A stretch of DNA of 63,805 nt, filler included, from Neoconidiobolus thromboides FSU 785 (Eukaryota; Fungi; Entomophthoromycota): the NCBI GenBank assembly GCA_025603075.1. It is 7 parts of 7 records of this genome, joined end to end, with 100 filler letters (N's around TTAATTAATTAA, not from the genome) between each part and the next. Parts side by side here need not be neighbours in the genome. Positions count along the whole stretch, not along the records: positions 1 to 21,666 come from MU626541.1; 6 more parts are not named here. One strand, 5' to 3'. The position numbers and the translations under genes were made by a program. Each line of letters begins with the position of its first letter. Position 1 is the stretch's first letter. Of this stretch, positions 1 through 15,838 are shown piece after piece. Under the pieces are notes generated by a model. It saw nothing but the letters and a program-made list of their open reading frames with translations. It did not search any database and was not told where the DNA came from.

Positions 1-1100
1 GTGCTTATCATGCCATTACACGAGGCTTTATTTTAAATGAAATCGTAAGAAGAGTCCATCCAAAAGGATATAGTATTGGAATGATTCATGAAAATGAACT
101 TAATTTATTATTAAATAATGAATTTCATTTAGGATTAAGTAAAGAATTACAAGATAGACGTTCTAAATGGTATACTTATCCAATAGTTGACTTATTCTCT
201 GTATTTTTTCTACCAAAAGCTTTATTAGGTGATAAAAAGTATACATTTAATCCTAAACTCTTAGATAAAGATTCTATGCTTTCTAAAATCATGAAGTTTA
301 AGCTGGGTTATGGTAAAGATATTGAAAATTCACATTACTTTTCAGATCTTGAAGCTCCTTCTTCAAATGGATTTACCAATTCAAATTCTGTAAGTTATTC
401 TTATTTACTATTTTAAACGATATTGATTTATTATTAGTTAGCTAAAGCAGCAGCATGTTTAGCTAATAAAGGAAGTATTGATGGGGTTAAATTAATGAGT
501 GAAAATGGTGTACTTTCATCTATTAATGGAAAAGTATCACGCTTTGACCATGCTATTCAAATGGAAACTACAATGAGTCAAGGAGGTTTTGGTGTATTTA
601 AGTATCCCGAATTTGGTGAAAGATTTGAAAATAGTGAATTTTATGGTTGGTTTGGAGCAGGCGGCTCAATGGTGCTATTTAATCTAGAACATAACTTTGC
701 TTTTAGTTATGTTATGAATGCTCAACATTTTAATACTTTTTTTGAAGGTAGAGCTCATCATCTTTTTATTGAAGCTTTTAAAGTACATTCTGAAATATTA
801 CAAATTAATTAGCCATTTTATATATTATCTTCATGTAATTAAAGGATCTGTGTTATATGTAGTTTTTGAAATGTAATGTTTTACTAACTTCATTATTTCT
901 TTTTAAAATATACCTATTTTTATTAGAAATACTGTATAGAGAACTATTTTGTCATCTTTAAAATAAAATAAAATAAAATAGAACTGAATTTAAGTAGGTG
1001 ATAATGAATTACAAATTTAAATTATATAGCTTTCAAATGATTTTTAAAAGCTGGTACAATAAGCTTAGAAGCTCTTCCTTCTCCAAACATTTCATATTGA
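1..1100 (+). repeat. Left arm of 1.1-kb inverted repeat bounding contig A
   Basis: Reverse complement of 20567-21666 (position x maps to 21667-x). One mismatch seen: 265 A vs 21402, giving LLDKD vs LLGKD. Confidence 0.97.
3..812 (+). CDS. Beta-lactamase-fold serine hydrolase (family VIII esterase-like), 3' part, 5'-truncated at contig edge; exons 3-389, 438-812
   Basis: AYHAITRGFILNEIVRR and WFGAGGS motifs; 48-nt GT-AG intron 390-437 at the same position as in paralog 19198-20645. Confidence 0.85.
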
Positions 1101-1137
1101 TATTCATTTGTAATATATATAAAAGAAAAGTTATAAT
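1022..1137 (-). pseudogene. 3'-terminal remnant of the 19198-20645 hydrolase carried inside the inverted duplication
   Basis: Matches 20530-20645; identical up to 1100, then 5 transitions in the last 37 nt. Confidence 0.85.
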
Positions 1138-1230
1138 TTTGATTAAAAAGGAGTATTAAACTAGTAAAAACTCTGATAATAAATTTACTATTTAATAGCA
1201 CTTAAAAAATCGATAAATCAATGAAATTAA

Positions 1231-1335
1231 TATATAAGGATGTTTTTTTGGTTTCATATTAATCTTTCTCTTTTTTAAACACTATTTGAGTAGAAAAATT
1301 GTTAGTAAAATTCTCAAAAAAATACATCCCCATAT
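1231..1335 (-). mobile_element. MITE family 1 copy, preceded by a degenerate opposite-orientation fragment at ~1170-1230
   Basis: Matches family consensus; ends AAATACATCCCCATAT. Confidence 0.8.
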
Positions 1336-1524
1336 CTATTTTCAACCTATTTTTTTAAACTTTATCAGTTTTAACTGCAATTTCTGCTTTTAATAATTCT
1401 ATTTAATTGACAAATAATTGTATTTAAAAATATTCATTTTAAATATTTAAAAAAATAAAATAACAATAACTAATTTTAATCCATTTTTCAATTCTTAATA
1501 ATTATTAAAAAATCAATAATAAAA

Positions 1525-1889
1525 ATGGGCTACACTGCAAGTTATGGAGAAGATAAAAAAAGAAATAAACTCAATGATGATGGCAAATATTCAACAAGTA
1601 AAAGTTTATTAACTCAATTAAAAAAATATTCAGAAGATGATCCATTCCTTAGTTTTGATAACGAAGGTAATTAACTTTGTTGAATAAAATCATAAAATGG
1701 AAGTAAAATTATCTAGATTTTGATACCGATAATAACCTAATTAATGAAAATTGGGAAGGTATTACTAATAAAGTAGAAGATGATGATTTTTTAGAAAGAT
1801 TAAGGTAAATTCAAATCACAATTATTTATTATTATTATAATAACTTATTATATTTAATTGTTAGATTTGAGTTTAATGGCAAAGATTAA
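1525..1889 (+). CDS. SEM1: SEM1/DSS1-like small acidic protein, 84 aa; exons 1525-1666, 1717-1804, 1865-1889 (absent from ORF track)
   Basis: Spliced product ...EDDPFLSFDNEDF...ENWEGITNKVEDDDFLERLRFE matches the DSS1 pattern EDDEFEEF..EDW / ENW...VEDDF...LRAE; two GT-AG introns. Confidence 0.65.
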
Positions 1890-2036
1890 TTGTATTCTTT
1901 TAAATAAAATTATCTATTTATATATATATGAATATAAAAATAAAAATAGGAATAAAAATAATAATAAGTAAAATGATATTAACTACAAAAATTAAATTAA
2001 TTTTAATAATCTATAACTATAACTAATATAAAGACA

Positions 2037-2627
2037 TTATTGAGGTGCCATAGCAACTACATCAAAAAAATGAAACATTTCTTGACTATCATACACTCCT
2101 ACTTTAGCTGAACAATTTTTACAATGTACTGGAAAAAAAGTATTATTAGTTTCTAAGAGTTCTGCTGGATCGGATACATTATTGATTTGTTCAATATTGA
2201 AATTTTGTAATTCTCTAAAATTATTATTACTCTTTTCCTCAGAACTATAAATTAATTTTAATCCTAAATTTAATTCTACATTTTCTACCACCATTGCTCG
2301 ATATTGTCCTTTATATTTAACATGTCTAATTAATATTGAAATTATTTTAATCAACTTAATATTAAAATCATAATAATTTTACCTTTGACAACTATAACAT
2401 ATTGGTATTAAACATAAAGGACATAACAAAGTAGCATCTGATTGATTATCTTTAACTATTTTTTATAATCTTTTTCAATAATTCAACAGTTTATATATAA
2501 AAAACTTACACTTTTGAGTCATAAATTTACTGTCTTCTTCATCTAATTCAGAATCATAAAGTTCGTCTTTTTCATAATTAATTTCTTCATCTGAACTTAT
2601 TTCCTTTATATATTCATTTTCTTCCAT
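2037..2627 (-). CDS. E2F-associated phosphoprotein (EAPP)-like protein, 3 exons
   Basis: DELYDSELDEED, DATLLCPLCLIPICYSCQR, QYRAM and PVHCKNCSAKVGVYDSQEMFHFFDV; GT-AG introns. Confidence 0.8.
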
Positions 2628-4094
2628 TGTTTAATTTTTAGAAAAGATGTTTACTTTTTTATTTGAAAAAATTCATCTTGTATTCTTTTTGTTGAAGTTC
2701 CTTTTTTTAAAAGGAAATTCAAAATTTAACGAAAACTAAAAAATATTAATAAAATAAACTTAAAAATTAAAAGCAATAATTTTCAATAATTTAAAATTTT
2801 AATTTAATTGTTTAATTTAAATTATTATAAAATTAATAAATGGTATAAATAATTATGTGGTAATAAAAATATTTTTAATTATTATTTTATTTTTATTTTA
2901 TTTTTATTTTTGTTTTTATTTTTATTTTTATTATTTTATTTTATTAATTACTATTAAAATTAATTTATTTCTAAACAAAAAGTAAAATTTAATAATTTAA
3001 TAATAACAGTAACAGGATGATATACTATTATTCATTAAATTTAATCATGAGAAAAGATAATATGATTTATCATTTAAAAAAAAAGAATTAAAATAAATAA
3101 TAAAAATGAAACTTGAAAATCATAAATAAATTGTTTACTTATTATAGAGTTTATTCTGTTAAATGATAATATATTCAAAATTTAATAATAAAATGGCGTT
3201 TTTAATAATTTAATTTATTAAGTCAATTTTAATAAATATAATTGTAATTGTATTATTTAATATTTTAATTATAATAATATATTTGATTTACTTCAAATTT
3301 AAATATTACATGAGTTTAAAAATCAATAAAACAAATGTATATTTAATACATAGATTAAATTATATTATTATTTCAAAGTTTTATCTAAAACTTAATAAAT
3401 AAGTAAAAATAGTAAGTAAAAAAAGTTTAATTGTATATTAAAAAAGAATTATTTTAATCCACACACACTTTTTGAAATATTTGGACTTTTTTCCTCAATA
3501 AATTTTTTTATCCCTTAAAAAAAGGAGGTTATAATAAAAATAGATGTAAAAACTTGACTTAAATTTCAGAATATATAACATATAGCATACAGAGGTCATT
3601 TAGAATTCATTCGAAATTCATTTTATTTGAAAATTAAATTAAATTAAACTAGATTAAATTAAATTAAATTAAATTAAATTTCTTATCTTTTAGTTAATAT
3701 AATTTCAGTTTACTAAAGTATTAGTAAAGTTTGATAATTAAATTTTGTTAAATAAAAGTAGTAATAAAAATCAAAAGTTTAGAATATTTAGAATATTTAA
3801 AATATTTAGAATATTAAAATTACTATTTATAAATTAATATAATTGTTTTTTTGTATTAAATGATATCCTTATATTTTAAAGAATTACACTTATGATCAAC
3901 TTTAATATTGAAGTTCAAAGATGGTAATGAAAATGATTGGTTGTTTTAAATCATGAGAAAACAATTAAATTGGAACCATTATTATTAAAATAAAATTTAA
4001 TAATATAAATACCACTAAAATAGAATTCTAAAATAAAATAATTTTAATAAATTTATTAAAAATATAATAATAATAATAATATAAAAATTAAATA

Positions 4095-5014
4095 ATGTTA
4101 ACTAATTTTATTAATTTTGTTTTATTTTTCTCTGTCATTGTATTAGCTCAAGATAGTCGAATCATCAATGGATTTACTGTTGAGCCTGAATTTAAATATC
4201 CATGGATGGCTACTATTTTTCGATATGGTGAATACTTTTGTGGTGCTACATTAATAAGAGACGATATGATTATTACAGCTGCTCATTGTGCTGGGGGATT
4301 AATTGCACCATTAGATACTTTTGAAGTTCAATTACATCGTCATAATTTAACTAAAAGTTTAAGTCAAGAAAATGGTAAAGCTTACAAAGTAATTAATCGT
4401 TGGGTGCCATTAGATTATGATAGAGATACTTTATATAATGATAGTAATATTATTTCATTATGTTATGTTCTATTATTTATTTCTATTTTATTATTTTAGT
4501 TGCTATATTTCAATTTGATAATCCAAGTAAAAAACGTAGTAATGTTTGTTTAGATGACCAATTAGATCATAAAGAAGGGATGAGAGTAACTGCTTTAGGT
4601 TGGGGTGCAACTAAATTACTTGGTGCTAATACTGATGTATTACAAGAAGTATGGCTACCTTTAGCTAGTAAAAAAACATGTATTGATGTTTATAAACAAC
4701 AATTAAATTATACGATAATTAAAACTCAAATTTGTGCTGGCTATAGACAAGGTGGTAAAGATACATGTCAAGGAGATTCTGGTGGTCCATTATTTAGTTA
4801 TATTAATGACAAACCCTTATTAGTTGGTATTACTTCTAATGGTATTTCTTGTGCTCAAGCTAATACACCAGCTGTAATATTATAATAATAATATTATATT
4901 AAATATGCTAATTAAATTATTTAGGTTTATACTCGAATAGCTAGATTTTATGGTTGGATTCAAAGTGTACTAAATGGAAAATTAAAACCTAATCCTATCC
5001 CAACAAGAAGATAA
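4095..5014 (+). CDS. Secreted trypsin-like serine protease (S1A); exons 4095-4443, 4500-4873, 4925-5014
   Basis: Signal peptide, activation site DSR|IING, TAAHC, ND-IAI, GKDTCQGDSGGP (Asp189), PAVYTRI. Confidence 0.95.
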
Positions 5015-5091
5015 TAATAATAATAATAATAATAATAATATTGTAATAATAATAATATAATTATTACATTATAATTATTATAATATTATTA

Positions 5092-6327
5092 TTAAATAAA
5101 ATTGGTATTTGGCATTAAATTCTTAAATTTCATAAAAAATTTCAAATAATATAAAGAAGCATTATAAGCTGCTTCAGAACATGGAATAATTTCTTCTTTA
5201 GGTAATAAAAACCCAATTTTATCATCATTAGGACATAATTCAATCGTAAATGCTTGAAAATTTAATTCAGCATTTAAAAAATCATCCATTGCCCCACCTG
5301 CTGGATATAATCCTGCTGATAACTCAGATTCATAATTATAATTATATTTCTTAAATACTTGTTGCATTCTATCTCCTAATACTTTTAAATATTTTTCATT
5401 ATTAGACGCTAAATTCGTTTGATATCCCCAAGGTCTTAATATCATTTGACCATAACTATGCCAATCAATAGCTGCATATCGATTTGGTATTGTTTTTGCA
5501 AATTTAATTAAATTACTTGTTTCCAATTCACTTAACGGTCCTTCTCCATGATATATTTCACTATTTGTATTATTAGAACTACCAATTGTCCCCCATTTAA
5601 ATCCAAAATTACGATTTAAATCTACGCCAAATGTACCATCTTTATTCTTACTTCGATTTTTTCGCCATAATCTATCTTTATTTCGACTAAATTCATACCC
5701 ATCTGGATTACTCAAAGGTGTAAAATATAAATCAAACTGACTTAATATTTCTTCATTTAATTTGTCTTGTTCTTTTTTTAATTTACAAAACTTATAAATT
5801 TGATACATAACTAATGCCGGTGAGATCCATTCCCTTGCATGTAATCCCCCATTAAACCAAATTGATTTTTTATTATTGATTTGTTTATTATTACTAATCT
5901 TTATAGCTAATAAATCTCTACCTTCATGTGTATTTCCAATATTAATTATTTCCATACATTTATCAAATTGTTGATTCCATTTATTTAATGTTGTTTTGAG
6001 TTCTTCATAACTTTTAAAATCCTCAAAATAATTGTCTTCAATTAATATTGAACTTTTATTAATCTTTCGATTTTGATGAATTAAACTTAAATCTTTAACT
6101 ATTAATTCACAATTCTTTCCTTTTATTTTATTTTCTCCTTCTGAATCTTTGATACGTAATATTATATATTCTTTTGTCACTTTTTGTATATCACCCCAAA
6201 TTTGTATATCTTCCATTAATTTATTTTCATATTTACATTGATATAATTTATGACCTTTCAAAGTAATTAAGGCATCACTTAATATTAATGATAAATTAAA
6301 TGATAATAATAATAATAATAATAGCAT
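5092..6327 (-). CDS. Secreted zinc carboxypeptidase (M14A), predicted carboxypeptidase-B-like specificity
   Basis: Signal peptide, HAREW, RKNR, NRNF, DWHSY, LYPAGGAMDDF, TIEL; intronless 411 aa. Confidence 0.93.
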   Translation of the reverse strand: MLLLLLLLSFNLSLILSDALITLKGHKLYQCKYENKLMEDIQIWGDIQKVTKEYIILRIKDSEGENKIKGKNCELIVKDLSLIHQNRKINKSSILIEDNYFEDFKSYEELKTTLNKWNQQFDKCMEIINIGNTHEGRDLLAIKISNNKQINNKKSIWFNGGLHAREWISPALVMYQIYKFCKLKKEQDKLNEEILSQFDLYFTPLSNPDGYEFSRNKDRLWRKNRSKNKDGTFGVDLNRNFGFKWGTIGSSNNTNSEIYHGEGPLSELETSNLIKFAKTIPNRYAAIDWHSYGQMILRPWGYQTNLASNNEKYLKVLGDRMQQVFKKYNYNYESELSAGLYPAGGAMDDFLNAELNFQAFTIELCPNDDKIGFLLPKEEIIPCSEAAYNASLYYLKFFMKFKNLMPNTNFI

Positions 6328-6778
6328 TTTAAAAAATAATATTTTATTTTTATTTTTATTTTAAATACTATTTTTTAACTTTTTTTAAAATTTAAGTTTG
6401 AGAATCTTTGTTTTTTGTATCATCTTTTCTTTTTAATGTTTTAGAAGTTTGTTTTGGATTTTAAAAGTTGTCATTAATTAAATTTTCAATAAGTTATTGA
6501 TATAACTATTAAAATTATTATTATTATAATACAATAGAATTAAATTATTATTATACAAAGATTGAATAATAATAAAATAGAAATAAATAATCTGATAACA
6601 ACTTAATTAATTAAATCTCATTTAAATTTCAATTAATCAATTACTATAGAATAAAGTTATTTAGTCTAACGAATCAAATCCCATAAAAATTAGTGATCCC
6701 ATTAAACTACCAACACATCAGAATTAAAAACTAATTCAAGCAAACTAAACTTTTTTATAAAAAATTAAGTAAAGAAAA

Positions 6779-7034
6779 ATGGCCTTCAGTTGGAGATCCG
6801 CTAACATTACGTAAGTGTCTTTTTTTTAATAAAGCTCTTTGAAAAATATTGAATTTTTTTTGTAGCTACCTCAAATATTCCCAAATTTGCGCACAAGCCG
6901 TTCGTAATTCTTTAAAAAAAGAATTAAGAGAAGTAGTAGCTATTCGTAATGAACAAGGTATTAAATTCGCTAAATGGCAAAATGGAAAATCAGGCGAATA
7001 TCAATTTATTCAACCTCAAAAGAATGAAGAATAA
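6779..7034 (+). CDS. ATP15: Mitochondrial F1 ATP synthase epsilon subunit; exons 6779-6810, 6866-7034
   Basis: MAFSWRSANITYLKYSQICAQAVRNSLK...KWQNGK. Confidence 0.92.
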
Positions 7035-7521
7035 ATAGGAAGCAAGGATATGAAATAAATGATGAATTTAAAAGGTTCAAATTTATTTTTTTAAATTGGA
7101 ATACTTTTTAAATAAATTCAAGAATATTTTAAATTTATAATGATTATTATTTATTTATTTTTATGTCATTGTAATTTATTGTTTCAACTATGATCCAAGT
7201 TGTTTCTATACCTTGTTTTTATAATTTAGTTTTATTAAGAATCAAATGATTATTGAGATAAAGAAACTAAATTTTAATTATTAAAATTATTAAAATCTTT
7301 TATTAATCTTATTTACTATATTAAATTGAGCTGATAGATAGCTAAAAAAATTAAATAACTATTAATTTCAAATTTTATACTCATCCCCATTTTAAAATAA
7401 AGAATTTATTTAATATAATATAATAGACTAAAATTAAGTGACTTAAATTATTGCTATTTATTATTGAGTTTTTTTTCTATTAACTTCATGTTAAAATTTT
7501 AATTGAATTTAAATCATTATA

Positions 7522-7623
7522 TGGGAATGTTTTTTTTTGACTTCATTATTTTTTCCATTTTTTAAGCACTATTTAAGCGGAAAAATTGTTAGTAAAATTC
7601 TTAAATACAAAAATACATCCCCA
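7522..7623 (-). mobile_element. MITE family 1, near-consensus copy
   Basis: TA|TGGGAATGT...ACATCCCCA|TA: imperfect TIRs and a TA target-site duplication. Confidence 0.88.
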
Positions 7624-7836
7624 TATGCTACAAAATAAAAATAAAAATAAACATATAAAAACTAAAATAAAATAACTATATCAAATCTTTAATAATGTAT
7701 ATATAAGATATGATTTTATTCATTAAAAAAAGAAATTGGAAGCTATAAAAGTAACTATTAAACTTTAAATCATATATAATAATACTTTTAAATTTTATAT
7801 TTAAGCTATGAAAAATTGATTCAAATAAAAAAAATC

Positions 7837-10660
<2,824 letters not shown>

Positions 10661-11642
10661 CTATTTATAATAAGAAAAATATTTAAAAATTGAAAATAAG
10701 TTTACTATAAAATTTTTAAATCAAAAATGTTTTTAATAATTTAATAATTTGCTATAAAAGTTTATAGATCAAATTGTTAGTGTAAACTATTTTACAGTTT
10801 CTTTATTTGACCAAAAAAGTTCTATAATTCTCGATGATTATTTGGTGATTTAACATAACTTATGGGAACAAAAGAATTAAGGGATGGAAATTTTTTAAGA
10901 TATTTTATAATTTATTAAAGTTGAAAAAAATTTGATTGCTGATACTATCTTTTCTGTTGCTTAATTACATTTACTGGTACTTGATCAATCAAATTTACAT
11001 TTTCATATTCTTTATACTCAATAGCTATGGTTGCTTTTATCAATACTTAATTTGCTACTTTTACCGATATTTGAGACGAGCACTATTTCATAAATTGTTT
11101 TCTACAGCCACTGATGTAAATTAATTACCTTTAAATAAACCTCAAGTCTAACTTTTGGTAGTCATTTGTTGCTAGTTTGATAATTATACCCAAGGCTAAT
11201 TTTTTTAAAAGTTTACTTCTACCATTATTTATAGAAATTTTAACGCATGCAAAGTTGAACAATATCATACTCCTTTTAAGAAGTAAGTTATGCCTTCAGT
11301 GTATGTCTTATCAGCTTGTTGTATAAATTTATACTTTTTATGCTATGATTATAATGAACTAGTATAAAAATTATCTTTTAAATAATTTACCCCTAAATAG
11401 AAACTGAATTTATTAAATATAGTTAAAAATTGAATTCAAATATGGTACATTAAAAAATCTACATAAATTTTGATTAAAATTTTACTGTTACTGAAACACT
11501 TTAATAGTTATTAAAAAATTCAAATATAATATAATCAAAAATTAATAATTTGAAAAGAACTCTTTATAAAATTAGAATTAAGATGCAATCACTTGAAATT
11601 AGCTAAAGAAGGGCAGTTGAAACCTGAACAATAAATAATTAA

Positions 11643-13744
11643 TTACATCTTATTGTACATAGTATCCAATTGTTGCTTGAATTGGTCTCCAATGGGTTTA
11701 CGCTTAAGTTTTTGAGAAGTTGTTAATAAACCATTATCAGCAGTCCATTCAACATCAGTTATAAATACATCAGCAATAAGTTCACTTCCACTAAATCCAT
11801 TCTTCTTAGCTTCGCTTATTAATGCTTTGTACACTTCTTTTTTAATCATTTCGTTTCCACTCACGTCACTCAAATCATGGACATCAGGGTGATTGTTACT
11901 GCGTAAGAAATGCTTAATAGCATCCATGTTGGGTTGAATAAGGGCAACGGCCTTAGGTTTTAATGAATTAGCACATACACAAATATTTTGAACATATAAA
12001 ACATTGCGGTAAATGTTTTCCAAACGTTCCAAGGCAATATACTCTCCATTTGCTAATTTGACCAAGTTCTTTTTACGATCAATTATAGAAAGTGTATAGT
12101 TATCATTTAATTGGACAATATCTCCTGTTTTGAACCAACCATCTTCAGTAAAAGCTTCTTTAGTTGCTGCTTCATTATTATAATAACCTTGTGCAACCGA
12201 GTTACCACGGAACCAAAGTTCACCTTGTGGTAGTTTATTGGTATGTGAATAACCTGCTTCTGGAACATCAACTAATTTAAATTCATTACAAGGGGATATT
12301 TGCCCAACTGCATCTGCAACTTTACAATCTGGGGTATTGACACATGCTAAACCACACACTTCGGTCAAACCATAACCTTGTAATAAGGGACATACAGCGT
12401 TGCTAAAGAACTCTCTGACTTCATCAGAGATAGGAGCACCACCAGTTACAGCAATTCTTACTCTACCACCAACTTGTTCTCTAATTTTATTGAATACAAG
12501 TTTGTCTAACAAGAAGGTAGGTAACCCAACCTTTGAGAAGCCATTTTTAACTTTCATTGAGACATCAAATACACCTTGGGCTACGGCTCCTGCTTTGTTG
12601 ATTTTATTTAATACACCTTTGCGAATTGAATCATAAATTTGTGGTACACCAACCATAAGGGTTGGGCGTGCTTCACATAAATCACCACGGCAATTTCTTA
12701 CAGAAGCATCGGTAAGAGTCCTTGGAGAACCATAAGCAATCTTAATACCTCGTTGAAGACAATAAGCATCAGCACTAAAAGCTAAGATGTGTGCTAATGG
12801 TAAGAAAGATACATAAGTTTCTTGTAAAGGAGTGACAAGAGGATCAATTAATCTAGAAACACCAGCAACTATAAATTTGATTAATTAAAATTTACTATAA
12901 AATTAAAAGAATACTTACTAACTGCAATAACATTTTTGTGAGTTAATATAACACCTTTTGGATTACCTGTAGTACCACTTGTATACATAATTAAAGCGAT
13001 ATCATCTGGAGTAGAGGGGTTGAGTGGGCTTGGGTTATTTTTGCCTAATTCAATCATTTCGTCAAAGGTATAGAATTGAATTTGATCATTGTGGCCAAGG
13101 ATTGTTTGTTTTTGTTTCTCATCAATCTTTCCATCACAAATAATGTTTTTGAGAGTTGGTACGTCTTTTACAACAGAGGCAATAACTTTAAGTTGATCAG
13201 CTCCTGTGAATACCGTTGTGATAGCACATTCGTTAAGTCCATGTTTAAGTCCTTCAGCACCGAGTGTATCATAAATAGTAATAGAAGTAATGTTTTGAGA
13301 GTAACCAGCATTAACCATGGAGGTCCAATAGGAACTGGTTGGTGCAAATAAAGCTAAACGTTTATCACCGCCTAAACCTAAATGTTTGAGTCCAGCACCG
13401 ATGTCATTGGCATTTTTTACTAATTGATTATAGGTGAACCATTTATAAGGCGAAAGTTGATAAAACTTCCAAGTTTTCTTTTCTTTTACGATATTACCAT
13501 CTACTTTCTTTTCGATTTCCTTAACTTCTTCAATAATATCATCTATAGATCTTGATCCGATAGCTTCAGTATCACCGTATTTTTTGGCAGCATTGACCAA
13601 GTTTTCATAAATAGTTGTTGCACCGCTTTCTGGAATAGTCGTTAATTCACCACTCTCTTTGGTTGCATAATTACGATAAACTGGAGAATGATCTTTCTCA
13701 CTGGATTCACTTGCAACGTAGGATTTCAAGTAAGGGGGGGCCAT
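11643..13744 (-). CDS. Long-chain acyl-CoA synthetase (FAA1/FAA4-like); intron 12869-12918
   Basis: YTSGTTGNPKG, QGYGLTE, GWFKTGD, IIDRKKNLVKLANGEY. Confidence 0.95.
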
Positions 13745-15690
13745 TGTTTAATATATTAAATTTACTTTAAAGAAAAGCACAAAAAGTGATTTTTAGGTTA
13801 TTTATACTTTATTTTTTGTATAAGTTCAATTAAAACCGAAGCTTTCATTATTTTATGGAATTAATGACCTTTAAAAATGATGTCATTTTTTTCAAAATCT
13901 TCTTTGATAATCCTATCTAAATATTTAGCTGGGAATTTAATTCGTCAAGTTCTTTTTATTTAGGTAAGGTTTATCTTTAGTCCCTATACTAAGCAATCAA
14001 ATCAAAAATATAGTAAAAAGTAAATGTCCGATTTGATTGGCCTGTGTATGCCATATTTGCGTTTGTCTAAGGCTTAATATGATAAATGATCCTTTTTATT
14101 GGCTATTTTTGTCACTGTTTTATCCCCACTTGATCTTATAGAATATTCTTGTTATATTTTCCCCCCTAGTTTGATTAATACCACAGTACTAAAGCGGAAA
14201 TGTCATTAAATAATATAACACAACAATAAAAAAGAGGCCATGAGATGCTTAATTAAACCACATTAACCTATAAAAAACATCAGAATGCTTCTTTATTATA
14301 AACTACTTGCCTGAGACAAAATAAACTACAATTTAATTTTAATTTTCAAACTTTATATCTGGAACTTATTTTCCCAAGGCATTTCTATAATTTTTGCTAA
14401 TTAATTATGTTTAATTAGCTGCCTTTAATTGCCGAGTTTACAAAACCAATCACATACATATTTCAATTTGGGTACAGGAAAATTTTATTAAGATAAAAGT
14501 GCAATATTATGCGTCGCTTGATGGTATGAAAATCAAATAGGATGATCGTTGACCCCTTGAAGTTGAGTGGGCCTACTATTTTTTATAATCTATTATTTAG
14601 GATTCGATTTTTAATACACATTAGTACTGAATTATCAATTGAATCCGCTTATCAAAATTAAACTGGATTAAATATTACTAATATTTATGAAAATAAACCC
14701 AAACTATAAAAGCTGTAAAATAAATTTGTGAAAAACATACTACCACAGGTATGTATTTCCTAAAAAGAAGCTTAATACTGGCTCTAAAAGCTATAAAATT
14801 CTCACACCATAACTTAATTTTCAATAAACCTTAATATCAGGTATAATATACTTTGGAGCATCGGGCTTTCAAACTATATATAAACTAGTTTCTTTTATTA
14901 CTTTTAAGTTGCAAGCATTTATTCATTATAGTCAAAGATTTTAAAAAATTATTTAAGCTTAAAGCTATATATTTTTCTTTCCCATCATAATTTAGCATGC
15001 AATAATCAAATAGTAAATATTTAAATAGGTTAAAAAATTAACAGTGTTAATTTGTTAATTTAATATATTAGAGTTTTTTAAATCGTGTTACTTACAACTG
15101 TATTTATAAATTTATCCTAATAGATTTTTATTTGAATTTAATAAGTTACAAAAATAAAATAAAAGATGTTTTTAAACAAGCTAATTTACCAAAATTTATT
15201 AAAAGCACGAAACCTTATTTTTTTTATTTTTTAACATACACTAATGATATCTATATTTTATCAAACCTTGATTTTCGGTGTTTATTTACTCATTTATTTA
15301 TTATTAGAGATAGTCAAGCATTTTAACTTCGTTTATCAACAAATTATTTGATAAAATACTACGAATGTATTATTAATTTATTTAATTTATGGATGACTAA
15401 TTGCTATCAAAGTTATAATAGCTTAATCAGAATAAATTTCAAACATGTTAAGTAAAAAACATTAGTTAACTGGATGTATTTTAATAACGTGGGATTTTTT
15501 AAAATATTCTAAAACTTAACATTAGATCGATAAGCATTATAACAGGAAAATATATTTATAACGATATTAGCTTTGAATTTTTATAAAAATTTAGGAGGGG
15601 ATGGGTTCTCAAGTGGTTCAACTAAAGGTAAAAATAGATAAAAAATAAGGCAGGGGAGAGTGTTAAAATAACAATGAGAAATTTTGCTTA

Positions 15691-15838
15691 CATTCATAGT
15701 TGTGCTCAAACATGTCTCTCGTTTCTTGACTTTATTTAGTAAATTACGAAAGTAAGTATATCAAATAAAGATTCTTTCTTTTGGAGTTTACTAAATGAAG
15801 GCAAAAAAGAGAAACATATTTAAGCACAACTATGAGTG
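15691..15838. mobile_element. Fold-back MITE family 2 (~148 bp, long TIRs, TA-flanked)
   Basis: TA|CATTCATAGTTGTGCTCAAACATG...CATATTTAAGCACAACTATGAGTG|TA; ~55-bp imperfect arms. Confidence 0.75.

Noticed and set aside
3631-5060. Short tandem repeats (AAATT)n, (TTTAGAATA)n, (TAA)n as telomere or CRISPR arrays
   Set aside because: Ordinary AT-rich microsatellites, internal, with no spacers.
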